Made by a program: the position numbers and the translations under genes. Source: a virus. Taken from it: a stretch of 64,000 nt of DNA. The DNA lies in the IMG/VR virus record IMGVR_UViG_3300008267_000054, positions 1-64,000 of that record; one strand, written 5' to 3'. The notes under the pieces are model-generated. The model did not search any database. It saw only the letters and a program-made list of their open reading frames with translations, and was not told the DNA's origin. Positions 58,030-64,000 of this stretch are shown here, piece by piece (position 1 is the first letter of the stretch; every line of letters begins with the position of its first letter).

Positions 58030-59610
58030 ATGAGCGAACAGCAAAAGTCTATAAAAGAAATTATACGGGAAGAGTATAAGAAGTGTGCAACAGACCCAGC
58101 ATACTTTATGAAAAAGTACTGTGTAATTCAGCACCCAACAAAAGGTAAAATTCCATTTCAACTATTTCCATACCAGGAAGATGCTATTAGCAAATTTAAT
58201 GAGTATGATAGAAATATTATTTTAAAATCTAGACAGCTTGGTATATCAACGCTAATTGCTGGATACTCACTGTGGATGATTCTTTTCAACAATGATAAGA
58301 ATATACTTGTTGTTGCAATAGATCAACAAACATCCAAAAACCTTGTAACAAAGGTTAGAGTGATGTATGAAAATTTACCTTCCTGGCTAAGATTAAAATC
58401 AGCAGAGGATAATAAACTATCATTACGTTTAGTCAATGGTTCACAAATTAAGGCAGTTGCATCAACCGGAACATCTGGTCGTTCAGAAGCTTTATCACTT
58501 GTAATTATTGATGAAGCTGCTTTCGTAGACAATGCAGAGGAGTTGTGGGCATCACTACAACAAACACTTTCAACCGGTGGTAGAGGTATTATTTTATCAA
58601 CACCAAATGGAACAGGAAACTTTTTTCACAAACTTTGGACTGCAGCTGAATCAGGTCAAAACAAATTCAACACACTTAGACTACCTTGGCAAGTACATCC
58701 TGAAAGGGACATAAATTGGAGAAAGCGACAAGATGAGGAGTTAGGAATAAGATTAGCTGCACAGGAATGTGACTGTGACTTCTCTACATCCGGTAATACT
58801 GTTATTGATCCAGTGATACTTGGAGAAATACTGAAATCATCTGTCAAGGATCCACTATACACAAGAGGGTTTGATAATAATTTGTGGGTATGGCAACAAC
58901 CAGACTACTCAAAGGATTATATTGTAACAGCTGACGTAGCAAGAGGTGATGGTAGTGACTACTCAGGATTCCACGTAATAGAGGTGGAGTCTATGGAACA
59001 AGTAGCAGAATACAAAGGCCAACTATCAACTAAGGACTACGGTAATATGCTTGTATCGATTGCAACTGAATACAATGATGCATTACTTGTGGTAGAAAAT
59101 GCTAACGTAGGTTGGGCAACAATAGATCAAATTATTACAAGAGGTTACAAAAATCTATACTATAGTTACAAAGATAATCTATTTGATTCAGATGCTTTTT
59201 TAACAAGAGGATACGATATTGCTAATAAATCTGACATGGTCGCTGGATTTACTATGAGTCATAAGATCAGACCGCTTGCAATATCGAAAATGGATTTGTA
59301 TATTAGAGAAAGAGTTTGCACAATTCGTAGCAGGAGATTGATTGATGAGTTACTTGTGTTTGTATGGAAAAACGATAAGGCACAAGCTCAAAGTGGATAT
59401 AATGATGACTTAGTGTTGTCATATGCACAAGGCATGTGGGTTCGTGACACGGCTTTAAAATTAAGACAAGCTGGTATCGAGTTGAATAAGATGGCAGTCT
59501 CAAATATTCAAAAAACAATGGCGATCAGAACGACCAATAACCTTAATACTAACCCCTGGAAAGTTGAAACAAAAAATGGTAACCAGGAAGATATTACTTG
59601 GTTATTATAG
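58030..59610 (+). CDS. terL: Terminase large subunit (T4 gp17-like)
   Basis: LKSRQLGIST Walker A, IIDEAAF Walker B, STPNG, ADVARG.G.DYS, VENAN.G, YNDDLV. Confidence 0.97.
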   Translation: MSEQQKSIKEIIREEYKKCATDPAYFMKKYCVIQHPTKGKIPFQLFPYQEDAISKFNEYDRNIILKSRQLGISTLIAGYSLWMILFNNDKNILVVAIDQQTSKNLVTKVRVMYENLPSWLRLKSAEDNKLSLRLVNGSQIKAVASTGTSGRSEALSLVIIDEAAFVDNAEELWASLQQTLSTGGRGIILSTPNGTGNFFHKLWTAAESGQNKFNTLRLPWQVHPERDINWRKRQDEELGIRLAAQECDCDFSTSGNTVIDPVILGEILKSSVKDPLYTRGFDNNLWVWQQPDYSKDYIVTADVARGDGSDYSGFHVIEVESMEQVAEYKGQLSTKDYGNMLVSIATEYNDALLVVENANVGWATIDQIITRGYKNLYYSYKDNLFDSDAFLTRGYDIANKSDMVAGFTMSHKIRPLAISKMDLYIRERVCTIRSRRLIDELLVFVWKNDKAQAQSGYNDDLVLSYAQGMWVRDTALKLRQAGIELNKMAVSNIQKTMAIRTTNNLNTNPWKVETKNGNQEDITWLL

Positions 59611-59619
59611 TTCGTGCCA

Positions 59620-59627
59620 TATTTATA
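59620..59627 (+). promoter_or_regulatory. Late promoter motif TATTTATA before portal (representative copy)
   Basis: Other copies at 4557, 6706, 10084, 13050, 14082, 15721, 26686, 36052, 40202, 52164, 57221, 61465, 63028; variants at 1613, 7017, 8291, 11993, 19150, 42059, 48234. Confidence 0.75.
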
Positions 59628-59639
59628 AAAAAAGTATAG

Positions 59640-61460
59640 ATGGCCGAAAACAATTTATTTAACAGGCTTAAAAAATTATTTAGCACTGACGTAATCATTA
59701 GAAACGTTGGTGGTAATCAGTTAAAGGTTATTGATACCGATAGAATTCAATCGGCGGGTAATATTGAAACTAATAGACGTGTCGATAGATGGTCTAGAGT
59801 ATATCAACATACCCCAGGATTAAGTTACTATCAAGGACAGTTACTACACAGTTCACGTATAGAATTGTTTCGTGATTACGAAGCCATGGATACGGACAGT
59901 ATTATAGCCAGCGCATTAGATATATACGCAGATGAATGTACATCGAGAGATGAGTTTGGAGACGTATTAACAATCAGAACGCAAAACGAAAGAGTTTACA
60001 AAGTTTTGCGTAATCTATTTTATGATGTGCTTAACATTGAGTTCAATATGTGGCCGTGGACTCGCAATATGCTAAAGTATGGTGATTTTTATCTACACCT
60101 AAATATAGCAGATAAGTTTGGGGTAATTGGTGTTGATCCAATATCAGCTTACGAGATTATTAGAGATGAAATGTTTGATCCTGAGAATCCACACAGAGTG
60201 AGATTTAAAAGAGACGTTTCAGCTATTAGTGGCTATGCTACTATCAACCAAAATGGTGAAGAGTATGATAACTATGAAATAGCACACTTTCGTTTATTAA
60301 CTGATACCAATTTCTTACCATATGGTCGATCTATAATTGAACCTTCTAGAAAAGTTTGGAAACAGATTGTACTGATGGAAGATGCGATGTTGATTCATCG
60401 TATTATGAGAGCTCCAGATAAGAGAGTTTTTAAAATTGATATTGGTAATATCCCACCAAATGAAGTAGATGCGTTTATGGAACTTACCATAAACAAAATG
60501 AAAAAGGTTCCATACATGGATCCCGAAACTGGTCAATACAATTTGAAGTTTAACATGCAGAACATGATGGAAGACTTTTACTTACCGGTTCGTGGTGGTG
60601 AAAGCGGTACAACTATCGACAATCTGACCGGTTTAAATTTTGATAGCATTCAAGATATTGAATACCTAAAGAATAGGTTGTTAGGTTCCTTAAAAATACC
60701 AAAAGCATATTTGGGATATGAAGAGGATACAAGTGGTAAAGCAACGTTAGCATCTCAAGATTTTAGATTTGCTAGAACTATCGAGAGAGTGCAGCGTATT
60801 ATGGTGTCTGAACTATATAAGATAGCTGTAATTCACTTATACGCACAAGGATTTAAGGATGATGAGGTTGTAGATTTTGAGTTGAGCTTTACGGCACCAT
60901 CTACAGTATATGAAAAGGAGAAGGTTGAATTGTGGACCAGTAAAATGACATTGGCTGGTGACATGATGGACAAAAAGCTCTTTAGCAAAGAGTGGATATA
61001 TGAAAACCTATTTAATCTATCACCTGAGCAGTATGCTAAGGAAATGGAAAAGATGGTTGTGGATAGTAAAGAATTCTTCCGTCTCGAGCAAATTAAAAAC
61101 GAAGGTAATGACCCAGTAAAAACAGGTCAATCCTTTGGAACAGCACATGATCTTGCATCCTTATATAAGGGTAATGGAGGTATACCAAAAGGCTATGATG
61201 AAAGAGAGCCTGCACCTGATGGTGGATGGCCAGGAGCTGGTCGACCAGAAGAACCCGGATCATATGGTACACACCAACATCCACTTGGATGGGATCCACT
61301 TGGCTCAAAAGCAATAAGAAAAGTTTATGAGAGAGCAGATGCTATGACAGCTGCTGGCAGACTAAAAGACTTCAAAAGTAAGGCTGTAAAGCAAACTATA
61401 TTGGAGCAAAAAAGTACGCAAGAAGGTATGTTGGACGAATCTGGACTATTAGATGAATAA
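59640..61460 (+). CDS. Portal protein (T4 gp20-like)
   Basis: MEDAMLIHRIMRAPDKRVFKIDIGN, EDFYLPVRGG..GT.I..L.G, SLKIPKAYL. Confidence 0.96.
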   Translation: MAENNLFNRLKKLFSTDVIIRNVGGNQLKVIDTDRIQSAGNIETNRRVDRWSRVYQHTPGLSYYQGQLLHSSRIELFRDYEAMDTDSIIASALDIYADECTSRDEFGDVLTIRTQNERVYKVLRNLFYDVLNIEFNMWPWTRNMLKYGDFYLHLNIADKFGVIGVDPISAYEIIRDEMFDPENPHRVRFKRDVSAISGYATINQNGEEYDNYEIAHFRLLTDTNFLPYGRSIIEPSRKVWKQIVLMEDAMLIHRIMRAPDKRVFKIDIGNIPPNEVDAFMELTINKMKKVPYMDPETGQYNLKFNMQNMMEDFYLPVRGGESGTTIDNLTGLNFDSIQDIEYLKNRLLGSLKIPKAYLGYEEDTSGKATLASQDFRFARTIERVQRIMVSELYKIAVIHLYAQGFKDDEVVDFELSFTAPSTVYEKEKVELWTSKMTLAGDMMDKKLFSKEWIYENLFNLSPEQYAKEMEKMVVDSKEFFRLEQIKNEGNDPVKTGQSFGTAHDLASLYKGNGGIPKGYDEREPAPDGGWPGAGRPEEPGSYGTHQHPLGWDPLGSKAIRKVYERADAMTAAGRLKDFKSKAVKQTILEQKSTQEGMLDESGLLDE

Positions 61461-61475
61461 ACGATATTTATATAC

Positions 61476-62339
61476 ATGAAAAAATCAACTCATTCCAAAA
61501 TAAAAAACACCGTAATTCTCTTTGAATTATTATCTAGGCAAATAGCAGCAGATACAATACAAGGAAAAGAAAATTCTCCTGCTATCAAGCTAATCAAGGA
61601 GTACTTCAATAGTACTACTTGCCTAGCAAAAGAGTTGACGCTATACCAATCCCTTATAAGTGAAAGCTACAAGTCAAAGGACAAGGCAAACTATCTAATC
61701 AACGCAGTTGTAAAAGCTAGAAAGGCTATTGACATTGAAAAGCTTAGAAGTGAGAAGTACAATCTAGTAAAGGAGATCAAAAAGCATTATGATCTAGAAG
61801 CTTTTTTCAAAACATCTCTAACAGACTATAAACTATATGCATCAATATACAGAATCTTTGAAGGAGCTGTTGCAGTTAATCCAAATGAGTTAGTTAATAG
61901 TCGATTCACTATCATAGAACACATTGTTGATAAAAAGAAGCTGAAAAGTGATGGTGACAAAACACAAAAGTTAATCAACGAATATACAAAGCAAGATGAA
62001 AGTGTTAGATTATTAGCATATCGTTTGCTTGTAGACAAGTTTAACGAGAAGTATAAAAACTTATCAGACAAACAAAAAAATGTACTGAAAGAGTATATTA
62101 ATAACGTGTCTAATACAGCTACATTAAAGACCTTTGTTGTTGAAGAAGCTGGCAACCTAAAAAAGACTTTATCAAAGCAAGCTACAGAGGTAAAGGATCA
62201 AGTAATAAGGATCAAATTAAAGGAAGTTGTTAGTTTGCTTGGAAAATATGAGAAGATGAAAGTGGTTAATGAAAACCACGTATTATCTTTGTTACTTTAT
62301 TATGAACTACATAAGGAATTGAAAAATGCTCACAAATAA
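61476..62339 (+). CDS. Conserved head-module protein
   Basis: HSKIKNT..LFELL, EKYNLVKEIK; between portal and prohead protease. Confidence 0.75.
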   Translation: MKKSTHSKIKNTVILFELLSRQIAADTIQGKENSPAIKLIKEYFNSTTCLAKELTLYQSLISESYKSKDKANYLINAVVKARKAIDIEKLRSEKYNLVKEIKKHYDLEAFFKTSLTDYKLYASIYRIFEGAVAVNPNELVNSRFTIIEHIVDKKKLKSDGDKTQKLINEYTKQDESVRLLAYRLLVDKFNEKYKNLSDKQKNVLKEYINNVSNTATLKTFVVEEAGNLKKTLSKQATEVKDQVIRIKLKEVVSLLGKYEKMKVVNENHVLSLLLYYELHKELKNAHK

Positions 62340-63024
62340 AGACCTACAAGAAGTTAAAAGCTTTATCAAAAAGGTTAAGAAGATGAAGCGAGAAGGCAGC
62401 ACAACCGCAGGTGCTCCTGGCTACCTAACACCAAAAGCTTTTAGTGGAGAAGAGGGTGGAGAAGGTGCTAGCAATATAGATAAGATATCCCACGCAACAG
62501 GGTATGATATAAAAGCCAAAAAGACTAGAGTACATTCTATAGATTTGCATGAAGTCAGCTACAATGATTTCAAGAAAGATGAATCACGCAGTACAGTCAA
62601 GAAAGTTAATGAGTCTATAATTGAAATCAACAGAAAACTTAGAGAAATACAGAGACTACTAACACACTCTAGTAAACTAAAAACTGAAGCTAGCTTAGAT
62701 GACTCTAAATTGTGGAAACGTACAAATGAAGCACTTTTAAAGATATCAGATAGAATGTCTGAAATTGCTGATAAAACTAGACGTTTTGCAAATCTCAAAG
62801 AAATACAAACAAATGTTGGTTTAGAAAACATATTTAAAGCAGCAGGCCTAGATGCAGAAATTTTCAAAGATGCAGATGGATTGCATGTTGATGTTACTCA
62901 TTTTGGTGAACCGGTAGGCTTTGATGTTGAAGGAACTAAAATTATAGATGACAGAGGTAAAGTGTTGGGAGATATATCAGATACGGACATTGTAGACAAA
63001 TTGAAGCGTTATTTTAATGCATAA
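62326..63024 (+). CDS. Head-module hypothetical protein
   Basis: EGSTTAGAPGYLTPKAF; helical central region. Confidence 0.7.
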   Translation: MLTNKDLQEVKSFIKKVKKMKREGSTTAGAPGYLTPKAFSGEEGGEGASNIDKISHATGYDIKAKKTRVHSIDLHEVSYNDFKKDESRSTVKKVNESIIEINRKLREIQRLLTHSSKLKTEASLDDSKLWKRTNEALLKISDRMSEIADKTRRFANLKEIQTNVGLENIFKAAGLDAEIFKDADGLHVDVTHFGEPVGFDVEGTKIIDDRGKVLGDISDTDIVDKLKRYFNA

Positions 63025-63041
63025 CAATATTTATAAGAAAA

Positions 63042-63644
63042 ATGGAAAATAAAAGACTACTAGTTGATTTTGTTGGGTCTTTTGAGTTAACACCTCAACA
63101 GATCAACGAGTCTATGATGCAAAATGATGGTAAACTGATACTAAGTGGTATCATGCAGCGTTGTGATGCAATTAACCAAAACGGTAGAAAGTACCCAGTA
63201 GAAATTTTAAGAAGAGAGGCTGACAAATACAAAAATGTGTTTATTAAGGAGCGCAGAGCATTAGGTGAGTTAGATCATCCAGAAAGTCCTGTTGTTAACC
63301 TTAGCAACGTATCACATAACGTGTTAGACTTGTGGTGGGATGGTAACAACTTGATGGGTAAAATTGAGGTACTAGGAACACCATCTGGCAACATTGCTAG
63401 AGAATTATTAAAAGCTGGTATTCGTTTAGGAATATCATCTAGAGGTATGGGATCTGTTAAAGCAATTGGTGAGGGTAAAGTAGAGGTTCAAGATGATTTT
63501 GAAATCGTTTGTTGGGATCTTGTATCAAATCCAAGTACACAAGGAGCGTTTATGAACCAGTTAAATGAAGGTAAAGGTAGTTCATTACCAAACAAATATG
63601 GTAAGGTAAATGAGCTTATAAATGACATTATAACATTGATATAA
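63042..63644 (+). CDS. Prohead core protease (T4 gp21-like)
   Basis: NQNGRKYP, ALGELDHP, VSH, TPSG, GISSRGMGS, WDLVSNPST. Confidence 0.96.
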   Translation: MENKRLLVDFVGSFELTPQQINESMMQNDGKLILSGIMQRCDAINQNGRKYPVEILRREADKYKNVFIKERRALGELDHPESPVVNLSNVSHNVLDLWWDGNNLMGKIEVLGTPSGNIARELLKAGIRLGISSRGMGSVKAIGEGKVEVQDDFEIVCWDLVSNPSTQGAFMNQLNEGKGSSLPNKYGKVNELINDIITLI

Positions 63645-63646
63645 CA

Positions 63647-64000
63647 ATGAAATTAAAAAACATACTCGACGAAAACTTTGGCAATCCTAAAAAGACGTCT
63701 GTAAACGAAAAAACAGCTTTCCTTGAGGAAGTGAAAAAATTTAATGAGTACGGATCTGTTATTTACAGAACGGAAGATTTAAAAAAAGTTGCAGAAGCAA
63801 TCACACAATTAGCAGAGAGAGCTGAAATGATTACGCTTCAGGAGACTGAAGATTGGTTTGATGAGGTGACGGTAAAAAAGAACATGCGTGGCATGAAACA
63901 GAATGTTAAGGAGTTTAACAGATCTGTAGCCGAAATTTCCAAACTACAACAGAGACTAGAATCTATTTACGAAGAAATTGGACACACACTTGGAAGATAT
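63647..64000 (+). CDS. Partial head-module protein with MKLKNILDE leader (runs off window)
   Basis: Translated by hand, open to the window end. Confidence 0.75.
   Translation, partial: MKLKNILDENFGNPKKTSVNEKTAFLEEVKKFNEYGSVIYRTEDLKKVAEAITQLAERAEMITLQETEDWFDEVTVKKNMRGMKQNVKEFNRSVAEISKLQQRLESIYEEIGHTLGRY

Noticed and set aside
21415-62867. Many 60-190 aa antisense or out-of-frame ORFs (e.g. 21415-21813, 23919-24428, 51432-51869, 55427-56011)
   Set aside because: Shadows of well-supported + strand genes with no motifs or promoters
37-63035. Reading the motif as T4 TATAAATA promoters firing antisense
   Set aside because: Orientation always follows the downstream sense gene, including the strand switch at 10030
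1-64000. Stop-codon reassignment
   Set aside because: Core genes are full length in the standard code, TAA, TAG and TGA all end genes, and no suppressor tRNA is in the window
1-64000. CRISPR array, DGR/retron, transposase or integrase
   Set aside because: No regularly spaced repeats and no RT, Cas, DDE or recombinase motifs seen

Overview
AT-rich segment of a large T4-like myovirus genome read with the standard genetic code, with all credible genes on the + strand except one glycosyltransferase. The host is probably in Bacteroidota, based on T9SS sorting domains, TTG-N20-TAnnTT promoters and mostly SD-less starts. Order: a ~850-nt highly structured ncRNA (GOLLD-like) and tRNA-fMet/Glu/Leu; repair and nucleotide genes (UvdE, ThyA); an island of secreted, lipoprotein and T9SS-cargo-like proteins with GH16 and a glycosyltransferase; M15A endolysin, divergent HPRT, HD hydrolase and a gp55-like late sigma factor; a baseplate/tail module (two paralogous gp5-like spikes with different lysin domains, gp25, gp6, Ig/CBM and LamG proteins); T7 endo I-like nuclease, primase and fused SbcD-SbcC; small proteins sharing an MIKLKxLLxE leader; terminase, portal and prohead protease. 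Highlights are the T9SS cargo island, an ORF clamped by an inverted repeat between two tRNAs, the duplicated spike, the putative capsid-targeting leader and a TATTTATA late promoter. All family calls come from motif recognition by eye, not from database searches.
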